A stretch of DNA of 64,000 nt from Synergistales bacterium (GCA_963666205.1 OY762654.1:800001-864000); one strand, 5' to 3'. Positions 30,784-41,027 are shown, counted from the stretch's first letter. Notes: generated from the letters alone by a model not told the origin. Made by a program: numbers and translations.

Positions 30784-31843
30784 TACTGCAAGTGTCCTTC
30801 CCCCATCTTTGATATCTCGATACTGCCAACAGGAAAATAATTATACCGGCCAGTGAATACATAGGGCTCTCCCGTCTATTGATATCCTTTTCGGGCTCTG
30901 AATCAAAAGGAATGCCTACCCTTTCTCCAAGTAACTTCAGGTTCAGAAAATGTATAACGGGAATATGGGTAGATAAAGCTCCTGCTATAACACCATTACC
31001 AGCCTTCAGTTTCTCTGAAGGAAGGATCAGGCCTCCTGGTAGATTCAGAACTTTTTCATCAGTACCAAGTGCCGACGATGATCCACCGATATTTATCAGA
31101 AGCCGGACCTGCTCTGTCTTGAGAAGATCCAGTTTTAACCTTGTCATTTCTTCCAGGTCCTTTGTCTTGATTATTTCAACATTGGCATTTCCTGCTGCCT
31201 TTTCAAGTATATCGAGACCTTCAGGTGCTATCCCGCCACCGATCTCTTCCCCACCTCCAATGGTATAGAAGGATGAAACTGTCCTTATAAAACCACCCTT
31301 CCTCAAAAGGGTTTCCATCTCAGGCCAGGGCAGATCCGGTCTGTTAGCTCCCCACGTGGACGCTCCCAGAGAGACGGCAAGGAATACTTCCAGATTCCGC
31401 TGCTCCGCGGCACAGAGAACATTAAGGAGCATGCCCGGAAAGGATCCGGAAGAATATATGGCAACTTTGTCTCCTTCTGAAAGTCCCAACTCGTCAAACC
31501 ATCTGCCGGCAACAATTGACCATCGGGGATCTCCTGCAGTCCTTTTCGAGGGCAGGCTGCCCAGCGTGGTCGTGATGGAACTCCATTCAAGACCTATGAG
31601 GCCTGTTTTCCATGGATCATATTCCGGGGCAGTTTCCATAAGGTTGGAAACCCTCCATTCATAAATAAAATCCTCGGCTCTTCTGACCCTCTCCCATAAA
31701 CGGTCTTCATCAGAAGTCAGAATGGTTCGCCCTGGAATAAACCACAAGACAAGAAGGATAAGGGTAAGAATGTAAAGCAGCCAGGAATTGGTCTGAATAA
31801 ACAGATTGTTCTTATCAAGGTATGGTAATTTCGTCTTCTTCAT
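30776..31843 (-). CDS. pgsW: Poly-gamma-glutamate system protein (PgsW-like)
   Basis: DPWKTGLIG..ITTTLGSL.SKRT, SGSFPG, GASTWGAN, INIGG, PVIHFLN; adjacent to capC/capB. Confidence 0.8.
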   Translation of the reverse strand: MKKTKLPYLDKNNLFIQTNSWLLYILTLILLVLWFIPGRTILTSDEDRLWERVRRAEDFIYEWRVSNLMETAPEYDPWKTGLIGLEWSSITTTLGSLPSKRTAGDPRWSIVAGRWFDELGLSEGDKVAIYSSGSFPGMLLNVLCAAEQRNLEVFLAVSLGASTWGANRPDLPWPEMETLLRKGGFIRTVSSFYTIGGGEEIGGGIAPEGLDILEKAAGNANVEIIKTKDLEEMTRLKLDLLKTEQVRLLINIGGSSSALGTDEKVLNLPGGLILPSEKLKAGNGVIAGALSTHIPVIHFLNLKLLGERVGIPFDSEPEKDINRRESPMYSLAGIIIFLLAVSRYQRWGKDTCSNG

Positions 31844-31862
31844 GTTTTAAACCCTTTCAGGC

Positions 31863-32309
31863 TCAGAATACCATGATGAAATTCCGGACCAACTCCACAG
31901 ACATGAGGGAAACCATGCTGATGGAAAGGGTGCCGGAAAGAGTCCTGAACAGGCCCTGTTTCTGTATATCGGAAGCAATAAGAGCAGGAATGACCCATCC
32001 TATCCAGAGGGAAGTGAAGGGAAACAACCTGAGAGTTCCTATCCTGAACAGAAGAGCAAGAAGCATAGCAAGGGCTATCCGCTGTCTCCCGTAAAGAGAA
32101 TAAAGCCTTACGATTATTTCCAGCACTAAGGATATAATTACAGCCGAAAGAAATGAAAAGATAATCGCTCCAGGATAGGCAATATTTACAGCTATTAATC
32201 CGGGCGTGATTATCCCTCCACAGGACCACCCTGTCTTATGATAATAAAGCATACCCCAGAAAATCCCTGTCCCCAGGACAAAAAGTTCCATATAAGACAT
32301 CCCTGTCAT
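31863..32309 (-). CDS. capC: Poly-gamma-glutamate biosynthesis membrane protein
   Basis: GGIITPG, LYGRQR, IGWVIPALIA..KQG in a hydrophobic 148-aa protein. Confidence 0.9.
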   Translation of the reverse strand: MTGMSYMELFVLGTGIFWGMLYYHKTGWSCGGIITPGLIAVNIAYPGAIIFSFLSAVIISLVLEIIVRLYSLYGRQRIALAMLLALLFRIGTLRLFPFTSLWIGWVIPALIASDIQKQGLFRTLSGTLSISMVSLMSVELVRNFIMVF

Positions 32310-33298
32310 TCCTCCATTCCAAGAACAAACTCCAGGGGCAGACCGGCTACATTCCCGCAGCCAAAGACCCGCATCCCCAGACTGGAGCTCGTTAAAAGAT
32401 CAGACAAGTTTTTAGAACGCCTGTAATATTTCAGAGTCCATGGGAAAAAAGGATAATCCCCGATCACACATATGGATCCCCAGGGATTGTCTAGAATCCA
32501 CTTCTTAAAACTCTTCAACCTGCTGGATCTATCTCTCCTATGGTTATAAAGAACCATAGTTTCTTCAAATGGCCACTCCAGGAGCCTGAATAATTCCCCG
32601 GTACTTTCAATATCATTGGCAGAGAAGGCAAAGGCAAGTTCACAGCTTCCCCTACTTATTACTCTGAAGTCTGCTATGTCCGGAGGGGTATTCCTCATAG
32701 CTCTTTCAGCTATATCCATATCAAGGTGAAGGAACTCACATAACCTGGATGCGGTAAGAATGTTCTTCTCTCTGAAATCAAGGATATTTTTCCCAGACCT
32801 GGATTTCATGATTTTACAATTCTTGAAGTCCAGGACCTCCAGCAGGAATTTTTTATTTTCAAGGCCAGGTCCCAATATTACCCTCGCCCCAGGCCCGATA
32901 CCCCTTAAAAGGGCAAGGGCTGCATCTATCTCATCTGGTCCCCATGCTTCCTGGTGATCAGGATGGATATTCGAAAGAAGAGTTATCCCTGGAGAAAACC
33001 ATTTTGAGGCAAGGGACTGGAGATCAGGTGAAACAGCGCTGTTCTCCATCACAACGGCTTGAACATCTTCGGGAATAGAAGAAAGCCACCATTTCATCTC
33101 CTCCACATGACCTCCGCTGCTACGAAGGATCTGGACTTCTCCATCAGGTTTCAGTTCCCTCGGAAGAACACCGGTTATTCGTCCATAAGCCTTTATTCCA
33201 TTTGCCAAAAGAGCTGAATGGACAAGCCTTACCAGAGAGCTTTTGCCTCTGCTCCCGGTAATCATGATTTTAATGGGATATTCTCTATTTACTTCCAT
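32306..33298 (-). CDS. capB: Poly-gamma-glutamate synthase CapB/PgsB-like amide ligase (short, divergent)
   Basis: P-loop TGSRGKS, NIHPDH, AFSAND, NHRRDR, GCGN. Overlaps the capC start. Confidence 0.82.
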   Translation of the reverse strand: MEVNREYPIKIMITGSRGKSSLVRLVHSALLANGIKAYGRITGVLPRELKPDGEVQILRSSGGHVEEMKWWLSSIPEDVQAVVMENSAVSPDLQSLASKWFSPGITLLSNIHPDHQEAWGPDEIDAALALLRGIGPGARVILGPGLENKKFLLEVLDFKNCKIMKSRSGKNILDFREKNILTASRLCEFLHLDMDIAERAMRNTPPDIADFRVISRGSCELAFAFSANDIESTGELFRLLEWPFEETMVLYNHRRDRSSRLKSFKKWILDNPWGSICVIGDYPFFPWTLKYYRRSKNLSDLLTSSSLGMRVFGCGNVAGLPLEFVLGMEE

Positions 33299-33335
33299 GA
33301 AGACGATTTTAACATCTTTCCAGAGAAGAAACCTG

Positions 33336-33383
33336 CCAGGAGAAAAGAGGAGAGCCCTTAAGGGCTCTCCTCTTTTCTCCTGG
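33336..33383. terminator. Perfect 48-bp palindrome after ggt
   Basis: ccaggagaaaagaggagagccctt|aagggctctcctcttttctcctgg. Confidence 0.72.
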
Positions 33384-33430
33384 TGATCTGCTGACCAGGA
33401 ATACTCCGGTTACAAAATCCTTTACGGGAT

Positions 33431-35155
33431 TTAATACCCTACAGGTACACCAAGACGTCTTCCATCAGCTCCACCATCCATCGTTCCGCTTTCAACATCA
33501 AAAAGGATACCCTGTGCTGTACCGAAATAGCCGCCTCTGGGTCTGACTTCCATTTTATGACCTCTCCACTCAAGGAATTTAACAGTCATCGGATCCATTG
33601 TATCCTCGACTCTGAGGGGACCTCTTTCACCATTGGAGGAATAACAGAATATCCTGGGCTGTTCAATTGCTTCATCCATGGTCATTCCGAAATCAACGAC
33701 ATTCATTACTATCTGGCTCACCGCTGTGATTATTCTCCATGCCCCAGCTGCTCCTATAGTCATAAAGGGACGGCCTTCAGGATCAAGGACTATACTGGGA
33801 GACATTGAAGAAAGAGGTCTTTTACCTGGTTCCGGAGCGTTAACGCTTTCCGGATTCTGCGCGAAATCATCCATCTGGTTGTTCAGCACTATACCATATT
33901 CCGGTTCCACTATTCCCGAACCAAAGAAATAATTTACGGTATTTGTAGAGGCGACTATGTTACCTTCCTTGTCGACAACGGAGAAATGACTGGTGGACAG
34001 GTGTATGTCATCTGTACCTCCAGTATAGGACGAAGCGACGGAACTCTCATTATATGGCCATGGATCACCCGGCTGCACTTCGACCATTACTTTATTTTTC
34101 CCGATCCTGGAAGCGAGCATCTTTGCATATTCCTTACTGGTCAAGCCTGTAAGAGGAACATTTACAAAAGCCGTATCAGCCATATATTTCTGTCTATCGG
34201 CAAAAACCAGTTTCATACTTTCTGCAAGATAATGAAGATATTCTGGTGAATTATGTTTCAACCGGCTTACAGGAAAGTTCTCCATTATGTTGAGAAGCTG
34301 GACGATGTGAGTACCTCCGCTTGAAGCGGGGGGAGTTGAATAAATACCATATCCTCTGTAAGTCCCATGTACGGGTTCACGAAGAAGGACCTTGTAGTTG
34401 CGGAGATCTTCCATGGACATATTCCCGCCAGCTTTATTAACAGCTTTGACAACAGCTTCACCTATGGGACCATTATAGAATGCTTCCGGGCCTTTTTCAG
34501 CAATCATTCTAAAGGCCTTCGCGATACCGGGAGATTTAAGGATCTCTCCTTCTGAAACCGGAAGTCCGTCCTTCAGATAAACGTTGTTCTCGCTGTACTT
34601 TACGAGTTTATCGAAATTATCTGTGATGATCTGAGTCTGCATGGGGTGGACCTTGAAACCTTCCTCTGCAAGCCTTATGGCTGGTTCGGCTACCTCGCCG
34701 AAACTCATGGTTCCATATTTCTGAAGTGCTGTCCAGATACCCATAAGTTCTCCAGGTACTCCTACAGCCCTGCCCCCAAGCTGTGACCACTTCTCTTCTT
34801 TGGATTTTTCTGAGGCATACATATCTTTTGTGGAAGAGCCCGGAGCCACCTCACGATAATCCAGTTCTACAACTTCACCGGTTTTTGCAAACCTTATGAC
34901 CATAAACCCGCCTCCGCCTATACCAGATGCATTGGGCTCCGCCACATTGAGAGCAAGCATGGTAGCACAGGCCGCATCCACCGCGTTACCGCCTTTCTTC
35001 AGTATCTCTACTCCGGCTTCTGAAGCCAGCTCATGGGCCGAGGAAACCATACCGTTACGAGCAGTAACATCATTTACTTCTAAAGCAACGGCCATACCGG
35101 TAAATCCAAGCAGGATCACAGTAACAACAAGACAAAGTATCTTTTTCATCTTCAT
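33431..35155 (-). CDS. ggt: Exported gamma-glutamyltransferase (CapD/GGT family)
   Basis: Signal peptide; GGNAVDAA, SGIGGGGF, DYRE, nucleophile TSHFSVVD, NNQMDDF, PLSSMSP. Start at 35155 or 35149. Confidence 0.95.
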   Translation of the reverse strand: MKMKKILCLVVTVILLGFTGMAVALEVNDVTARNGMVSSAHELASEAGVEILKKGGNAVDAACATMLALNVAEPNASGIGGGGFMVIRFAKTGEVVELDYREVAPGSSTKDMYASEKSKEEKWSQLGGRAVGVPGELMGIWTALQKYGTMSFGEVAEPAIRLAEEGFKVHPMQTQIITDNFDKLVKYSENNVYLKDGLPVSEGEILKSPGIAKAFRMIAEKGPEAFYNGPIGEAVVKAVNKAGGNMSMEDLRNYKVLLREPVHGTYRGYGIYSTPPASSGGTHIVQLLNIMENFPVSRLKHNSPEYLHYLAESMKLVFADRQKYMADTAFVNVPLTGLTSKEYAKMLASRIGKNKVMVEVQPGDPWPYNESSVASSYTGGTDDIHLSTSHFSVVDKEGNIVASTNTVNYFFGSGIVEPEYGIVLNNQMDDFAQNPESVNAPEPGKRPLSSMSPSIVLDPEGRPFMTIGAAGAWRIITAVSQIVMNVVDFGMTMDEAIEQPRIFCYSSNGERGPLRVEDTMDPMTVKFLEWRGHKMEVRPRGGYFGTAQGILFDVESGTMDGGADGRRLGVPVGY

Positions 35156-35168
35156 TCCCCCTCTTTGA

Positions 35169-36308
35169 TTATATTTCACCATTTTTAAGGAAAGAACCCA
35201 CACCCTTATTGATGACATCATCATATTCAGGTATCCCCTCCACCATCACTCCCTTCTCTTCATCTATAAATTCCAGATTTTCGAGAAAAAGTTTGACTGC
35301 CGCAGTATGCCTTGCAACCCGTAGGGAAAGGGGTTGATCCCCTTCATAGGGTATATATAGTTTGCCCAGTTCAAATGCTTTGGAATAGCATTTATCTTCT
35401 CCGGTAACCACAAGATCACCATTTGTCCGTCCCCTTAGCCGCCCCTGGCTTGGATTACCTGTTTCCATAAGAATGGGCATAGTATCAGTAAAATCTCCCC
35501 ACTCCCTATGGCTAAGGCCGTGAAGATTTTTAGGAGATGGCTCAAGCCTGATGGGAATTCCCATAGCCTCGATCTCCATCGTTACCATTGCCGCTAGCTC
35601 CATACTTTTTTCATGGGCAACTATGGCGTTTACCACAGGATATTCAGGAGAAGCTTCATGAAGATCAAAGGCAAGGTCCACATTTTCCTTCTTGATCATT
35701 TCAACTATTGCATAGGCCATTTTTTCAGTTATGGAACCGTCAGGTCGCCCCGGGTAACACCTGTTCAGATTGCTTCTTTCTTTTCCCGACAGGTTCTGAC
35801 CTGATGTGGGATGAATGTAGATATCCGGGTCCGGCCACTGGTAGATGGGATTTGATAACCTGTTGCCATAGGGAAACCACCTCTTACTTCCATCGGAAAG
35901 GTCAATGAAGTATCCCTGGGGATGGCCTTCCTGGGGGCCATTGTGACTGAAACCCATTATGTTGGCAGTCGGGATAACGATAAGTCTTCCTCTGTGTACT
36001 TTTGCATTCTCAAGAAATAGAACTCCTGTAAGGTTGCTTGCCGGTTCGTTCGGGTGAGTTCCACAAAGCAGAAGTACTGTACCTCCCTTTTCCGGACCTT
36101 CCTGAATAAACACCGGCTGATCAGCAGGTGTTCCTTTTATACCCGAGAAATAATCCGACAATTTTTTCTGCTGAAATTCCTCCACCGGATAGATAGTCTC
36201 CGCTATCCACATGGATGTAAAACTTTCAGCAGCAGCGAAACATACAAGGCAGGATAGCCCCAGCAGTATAAAGGCGGTTAACCTGTTTCCCTTAATTTGA
36301 TATTTCAT
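35169..36308 (-). CDS. Succinylglutamate desuccinylase/aspartoacylase (M14-like) deacylase with N-terminal signal/anchor
   Basis: GTHPNE, NLNRCYPG, DLHE, ETG zinc-carboxypeptidase motifs. Confidence 0.85.
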   Translation of the reverse strand: MKYQIKGNRLTAFILLGLSCLVCFAAAESFTSMWIAETIYPVEEFQQKKLSDYFSGIKGTPADQPVFIQEGPEKGGTVLLLCGTHPNEPASNLTGVLFLENAKVHRGRLIVIPTANIMGFSHNGPQEGHPQGYFIDLSDGSKRWFPYGNRLSNPIYQWPDPDIYIHPTSGQNLSGKERSNLNRCYPGRPDGSITEKMAYAIVEMIKKENVDLAFDLHEASPEYPVVNAIVAHEKSMELAAMVTMEIEAMGIPIRLEPSPKNLHGLSHREWGDFTDTMPILMETGNPSQGRLRGRTNGDLVVTGEDKCYSKAFELGKLYIPYEGDQPLSLRVARHTAAVKLFLENLEFIDEEKGVMVEGIPEYDDVINKGVGSFLKNGEI

Positions 36309-36317
36309 AAGAACACC

Positions 36318-36461
36318 TCATTTAAACATCAGGACCCGCAGGATCAGGGGTATAACTACAAGGGCAGCAGTGACCTGTTTCCAGAAATCCTTTTCTTTAA
36401 ACAGGCACCTGATAACCAGGGCAAGAACAATGAACACTATACCTCTATAGATAAGGGTCAT
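36318..36461 (-). CDS. Small two-TM membrane protein, 47 aa (absent from ORF track)
   Basis: AGGAGG RBS, then MTLIYRGIVFIVLALVIRCLFKEKDFWKQVTAALVVIPLILRVLMFK*. Fills the gap between permease and deacylase. Confidence 0.82.
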   Translation of the reverse strand: MTLIYRGIVFIVLALVIRCLFKEKDFWKQVTAALVVIPLILRVLMFK

Positions 36462-36473
36462 TTATCCGACCTC

Positions 36474-37766
36474 CTAATAAGGGAGAATGGAAGCGATGTA
36501 GTTTGCTCCCAATATAACTGCTATACCCCAGATGGCTGTAACGATCCCGGGGATAAGACAATATTTCAGGACCTTGAAGTAATTCTTCTCTCCTACTACC
36601 TGCGCGGCAAAGATGCCAGCTAGAGCAGTAGGCGGCATAAGGTCTCCAAGACCTGCTATAAGGCTCAGAGCAGAACCCACCATGATCTCGTTTCTTCCAA
36701 GCAGTGCGAGAAGAAAAGGTACTCCCAGCACGGAAGCGGATCCAAAGGCAGATACGGCTCCAAAAAGGGGCATGGACGTGGCTATTCCCACATAGAGAAG
36801 CCATGCCGGAAGAGCAAGGGCTGAAACAACAACAAAACCTCTTACTCCGATGAGGGTCATTACCTGGATGAACATTCCCACACCCATAAGAATACCCATA
36901 ACCGGCAAAGCATCATTGACAGCTTCAGTGGCAGCTTCCACGGGATTCCATTGGCTCCCCGAAAGAAGACCGCATAGTGAAGCTATAAGGAAATCCAGAG
37001 GCATTCCCAGAGATGGCCAGAATGCAGGGAATGTCCGTTCACCCACCATAAGTACGATAAGAATAAGTATGGGAAGGAATAGTCGAAAAGAGAGTTTTGT
37101 CCTTTCCATTCTCTTCAGTTCATCCTCAAGAGCCTTTTCGTCCATATTTCTTGATCTGAAATGAGGATAGACCAGAAGAAGGGAAGAAAAAATGGCAAGG
37201 GGGATGGTGCAGACGAGAAGAGGCAGACCAAAACCCACATAGGGCATATCTATGCCGCCTCCTATTATCATTGCAGGAATATTGATTGGAGGAGCTATCA
37301 TTCCATAAATGGCACCCATGGCTATAACTGCCGCTGTTTTCACCGCCGGAACTCCAAGTCGAATAAGCACGGGAGCAACAAGGGCACCGGTCGTCAGCAC
37401 TGCTGCGGTTGAAGAACCTGTTATCATCCCTGGTATCATGATCAGAAGCATGATACCAAGACTTAGAAGCAGGGGAACCCTGCGAAATTTCCGGATAACC
37501 CAGGCCGCTATCGCCTCCAGAAGGCCTATTTTCTGGACAGTCTTCATAAAGATCATCGCCGTAGCTATAATAAGGATAGTATCAAGGTATCCGAAAGTAC
37601 CTTCTACCAGATGCCTGAGTGGAATGCCCGATCCGGACAGAAGGGCACCAACAATAGCCGCCAGGGACATAGCCACAGCAATGGGAAGACGGAAGCCGAA
37701 AGCTCCGATGGCAAAACTCCCCACCATTGCTATGGTATAAAAACCTTCAGGCCAGAACCAGTCCAT
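36474..37766 (-). CDS. DctM-like (IT superfamily) permease
   Basis: Polytopic protein with ITGSSTAA, GMIAPPIN, GDLMPPT hairpin motifs. Confidence 0.85.
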   Translation of the reverse strand: MDWFWPEGFYTIAMVGSFAIGAFGFRLPIAVAMSLAAIVGALLSGSGIPLRHLVEGTFGYLDTILIIATAMIFMKTVQKIGLLEAIAAWVIRKFRRVPLLLSLGIMLLIMIPGMITGSSTAAVLTTGALVAPVLIRLGVPAVKTAAVIAMGAIYGMIAPPINIPAMIIGGGIDMPYVGFGLPLLVCTIPLAIFSSLLLVYPHFRSRNMDEKALEDELKRMERTKLSFRLFLPILILIVLMVGERTFPAFWPSLGMPLDFLIASLCGLLSGSQWNPVEAATEAVNDALPVMGILMGVGMFIQVMTLIGVRGFVVVSALALPAWLLYVGIATSMPLFGAVSAFGSASVLGVPFLLALLGRNEIMVGSALSLIAGLGDLMPPTALAGIFAAQVVGEKNYFKVLKYCLIPGIVTAIWGIAVILGANYIASILPY

Positions 37767-37771
37767 AGTCT

Positions 37772-38329
37772 TTACTCTACCGTTACTCCCCATCCGCCAA
37801 GAACTTCCTTAAGAGGTTCAGAAGTTGATCTGACGTTGGGTACCATCCTTATCCCTATATCCTTGCCTTCTATAAGGCTGTCAAAAAGACCATCCTCGTT
37901 GGCACCTTCAACCACAATAAGTTCATCAGCAAAAGGAACAGCGGTTACAATAAAGGCATCTGAGAGCTTGCCTCTCCTTCCTGCTCCGCCAACGTGCATT
38001 ATCAACACCCTGATCCCTTTGTCCCTGGCCGATGAAAGAAGGTCTGTGGCTCTCTGGTTTTCCTGGTCCTTGTCTATCCCCGCAGCTCCAAGTCCCTTGG
38101 AACTGCCTCCAACAACAGCTATAAGGATCTCCTTTCCTTCGAGCCCCTCAGCCTTAAGCAGGTTATCTGTATCGGGAGATACTTTCATTTTCTTAAGGAC
38201 GACCTTAACCATCATTGCATCAGGGCTCTGCCCTATGGTTGTAAGTGCTATATTGCCGGCCCAGGCACTGCCGGCAATTAATAACAGCGTAATCGCCAAC
38301 AATCCGAACATAATTCTTTTTGTTCTCAT
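37772..38329 (-). CDS. Exported DUF6305-like protein
   Basis: Signal peptide ending AWA; TTIGQSPD, VGGSSKGLGAAG, HVGG..RRG.LSD, NEDG.F. Confidence 0.75.
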   Translation of the reverse strand: MRTKRIMFGLLAITLLLIAGSAWAGNIALTTIGQSPDAMMVKVVLKKMKVSPDTDNLLKAEGLEGKEILIAVVGGSSKGLGAAGIDKDQENQRATDLLSSARDKGIRVLIMHVGGAGRRGKLSDAFIVTAVPFADELIVVEGANEDGLFDSLIEGKDIGIRMVPNVRSTSEPLKEVLGGWGVTVE

Positions 38330-38450
38330 TCAGAACGCCTCCTTGTTAAACATTAACTACGATCAAAGTCTATAATGTGTCGGTAAATTGTCCATATTTT
38401 TTATCATTTATTTTATGAACCTGTGCTGCACATAAAGTACTGTCGAATAG

Positions 38451-38480
38451 ATAAAGGAGACTCACCAGAGTCCCCTTTAT
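38451..38480 (-). terminator. Hairpin after the ZIP gene
   Basis: ataaaggagactc-acca-gagtcccctttat. Confidence 0.6.
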
Positions 38481-38530
38481 GTTTGAATAAGGCATATTGA
38501 AAAACTTCGTAAAAACATGGTAACCCGGAG

Positions 38531-39340
38531 TTATCCCAAGGCAACATCCAGTATCATCATAATGGTAAATCCCAACATAACACCCGCTGTAGCAAGATCT
38601 CCGTTGCCGCTGTGCTGCGATTCGGGAATGACCTCCTCTACGACAACAAAGATCATGGCACCCGCGGCATAGGCAAGAGCATAAGGGAGAAGAGGTCTTG
38701 AAACAATTACAAGTGCAGCCCCTATAACTCCAAAGATCGGCTCGACTATTGCAGAAAGCTGACCATACCAGAGACTTTTCCCCGCAGAGAGACCTTCCCT
38801 TCTCAATGGCATGGATACTGCGAGTCCTTCAGGGAAATTCTGGATACCTATTCCAATAGCAAGAGCAATTGCACCGGATAGAGTGGCTGAAGGGATACCG
38901 TAAGCCACGGCCCCGAAGGCAACTCCCACCGCCATCCCCTCGGGGATATTGTGGAGTGTAATGGCCAGTACAAGCAGAGTTGTCCTTTTCCACGCGGTCG
39001 GGACTCCCTCGGCATCTTCCATGGGGAGCCCCAGATGAAGGTGCGGAAGAAATCTGTCTACAAGCCTGAGGGAAGCACCGCCTAGGAGGAATCCGATAGC
39101 TGCAGGGAACCAGGGTATTGCACCCATCTGTTCAGACATTTCTATGGCTGGAGCAAGAAGGGACCAGTAACTTGCGGCTATCATAACTCCAGCCGCAAAA
39201 CCAAGCATTACATCAAGCATCTTCTGACTTGGTTCTTTACGTACAAAAACGAGAGATGCACCTAACGCTGTCATTGCCCATGTGAAGAGAGTGCCTAAGA
39301 AGGCCTGCACAACAGGATGAAGATCGGCAAAGGCTTCCAT
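38531..39340 (-). CDS. ZIP-family (ZupT/GufA) metal transporter
   Basis: [26 protein letters not shown]. Confidence 0.94.
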   Translation of the reverse strand: MEAFADLHPVVQAFLGTLFTWAMTALGASLVFVRKEPSQKMLDVMLGFAAGVMIAASYWSLLAPAIEMSEQMGAIPWFPAAIGFLLGGASLRLVDRFLPHLHLGLPMEDAEGVPTAWKRTTLLVLAITLHNIPEGMAVGVAFGAVAYGIPSATLSGAIALAIGIGIQNFPEGLAVSMPLRREGLSAGKSLWYGQLSAIVEPIFGVIGAALVIVSRPLLPYALAYAAGAMIFVVVEEVIPESQHSGNGDLATAGVMLGFTIMMILDVALG

Positions 39341-39469
39341 GACGAAATAATCCTCCAGATATTTTTTTGAAAAACAAAAACACTCATTGAACATAATAAT
39401 ACATTAAATCTATATCACGTGTCATTTTTTTTCAAATTGTCTCCGGCTTTCAGAAAAATCAGGAACTAT

Positions 39470-39498
39470 TTGACAATCAGTCACCTAAAGAATAAAAT
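39470..39498 (+). promoter_or_regulatory. Candidate sigma70 promoter of rlmN
   Basis: TTGACA-N17-TAAAAT. Confidence 0.65.
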
Positions 39499-39621
39499 CT
39501 GGTCTCCCATTCAATGGTAAAGATATATAATGAAGAACATTATGATTCAGATTCATATACTTCAATCTTTGATCATTTCCGATCCGGGAGAATAAAGAGA
39601 AGACAGGCAGGTGACTAGATA

Positions 39622-40653
39622 ATGACCGATATAATAAATACCCTAGATCTCGATTATGAGGAATGGGTCAAACTATGCACAGATAAGTGGAAACTTCCCC
39701 GTTACAGGGCAGATCAGATCTGTCAATGGATCTACCAGAAAAAGGTCTTTAATATTCCCGACATGACCAATCTTTCCAAGGAACTGAGAAATGACCTGAC
39801 ATTAGAGATGTTCATTCTTCCTCCTTCTTTAATGAAAGAAGAAGTTTCTTCCATCGATGGTACTACCAAATATCTATGGTCTCTTCTTGACGGAGAAACC
39901 ATAGAATCAGTTGTCATTTTTCACGGGAACCATACCACTGCATGCATTTCCAGCCAGGTAGGATGCCCTCTCGGGTGCGGCTTCTGCGCCACAGGTCAAT
40001 CAGGTTTTGCGAGAAACCTTTCTGTTGCAGAGATAGTGGGACAATTCCTCGCTATGGAAAAAAGAGTAGGAAGGGATATCAATAATATCGTTTACATGGG
40101 AATGGGAGAACCCCTCCTTAATATCGATAATGTACTTAAGAGTATAAAAATACTTAATCACCCGAAACAGCGAAAGCTGGGCATCCGTAACATCTCAGTT
40201 TCAACATCAGGGATAATTCCTGGTATAGAGACCATCGCTGAATTTGACCTTCCTGTCAGATTGTCAATATCCCTTCATGCACCCACTGACAGGATCAGAA
40301 GCAGACTCATGCCTGTGAATAACAAGTATCCTCTTAATCCCCTGATAGGATCACTGAAGAATTACCAGGAAAAAACAGGAGAGCGCATCACTATTGAATA
40401 TATTATGATCGACGGGATCAATGACAGTAAAGATATGGCCTACGAACTCATCTCTCTCTTATCCGGCCTTGATGTCTTCGTCAACCTGATCCCCTGTAAC
40501 CCCGTAAATGACAAGTATCGACGATCTTCACCGGAAACAGTAAAAGCCTTTTCCCAAATACTGAAGAAACTTGAGATTGAAGTCGAGATAAGGAAAGAAA
40601 AAGGTACAGACATAAATGCTGCCTGCGGCCAATTAAGAAAAACACTCAGGTAA
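39622..40653 (+). CDS. rlmN: 23S rRNA A2503 C2-methyltransferase (radical SAM)
   Basis: CISSQVGCPLGCGFCATG, MGMGEPLLN, ISLHA, AACGQL. Confidence 0.96.
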   Translation: MTDIINTLDLDYEEWVKLCTDKWKLPRYRADQICQWIYQKKVFNIPDMTNLSKELRNDLTLEMFILPPSLMKEEVSSIDGTTKYLWSLLDGETIESVVIFHGNHTTACISSQVGCPLGCGFCATGQSGFARNLSVAEIVGQFLAMEKRVGRDINNIVYMGMGEPLLNIDNVLKSIKILNHPKQRKLGIRNISVSTSGIIPGIETIAEFDLPVRLSISLHAPTDRIRSRLMPVNNKYPLNPLIGSLKNYQEKTGERITIEYIMIDGINDSKDMAYELISLLSGLDVFVNLIPCNPVNDKYRRSSPETVKAFSQILKKLEIEVEIRKEKGTDINAACGQLRKTLR

Positions 40654-40691
40654 AAAAAGAAAGATGGGGGATAACTCCCATCTTTCTTTTT
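40654..40691 (+). terminator. Intrinsic terminator of rlmN
   Basis: aaaaagaaagatggg-N8-cccatctttcttttt. Confidence 0.8.
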
Positions 40692-40702
40692 GATACAGAC
40701 TA

Positions 40703-40720
40703 TGTTAGACTTGACTAACA
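40703..40720. promoter_or_regulatory. DtxR/MntR-like operator upstream of feoAB
   Basis: TGTTAG-acttga-CTAACA dyad (TTAG..CTAA core). Confidence 0.6.
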
Positions 40721-40769
40721 AAATGATAAGAGTTATTTATTTCTTTTAACAAGGAAAAGAGATGAAAAT

Positions 40770-41006
40770 ATGACAACCACCCTTCAACTTCTACCGAGCG
40801 GATACAAGGCCACCATAATTTCGATTCCCGGTGGAGAATGTCTTCATCGCCTTGAAGCTCTGGGACTGAGAAAGGGAAAAATCATATCGAAAGTATCGGG
40901 TATGCCCTTCAAAGGACCCGTTACCATAATTCTGGATGGTAGACAGATAGCCATAGGATGCAAAATCTCCGGAAAGATCCAGGTAGCACCCATTGAAAAA
41001 GAATAA
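40770..41006 (+). CDS. feoA: Ferrous iron transport protein A
   Basis: RLEALGLRKG, PFKGPV, IAIG; precedes feoB. Confidence 0.92.
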   Translation: MTTTLQLLPSGYKATIISIPGGECLHRLEALGLRKGKIISKVSGMPFKGPVTIILDGRQIAIGCKISGKIQVAPIEKE

Positions 41007-41027
41007 CAGAAAAAGGTGAAACCTTAA

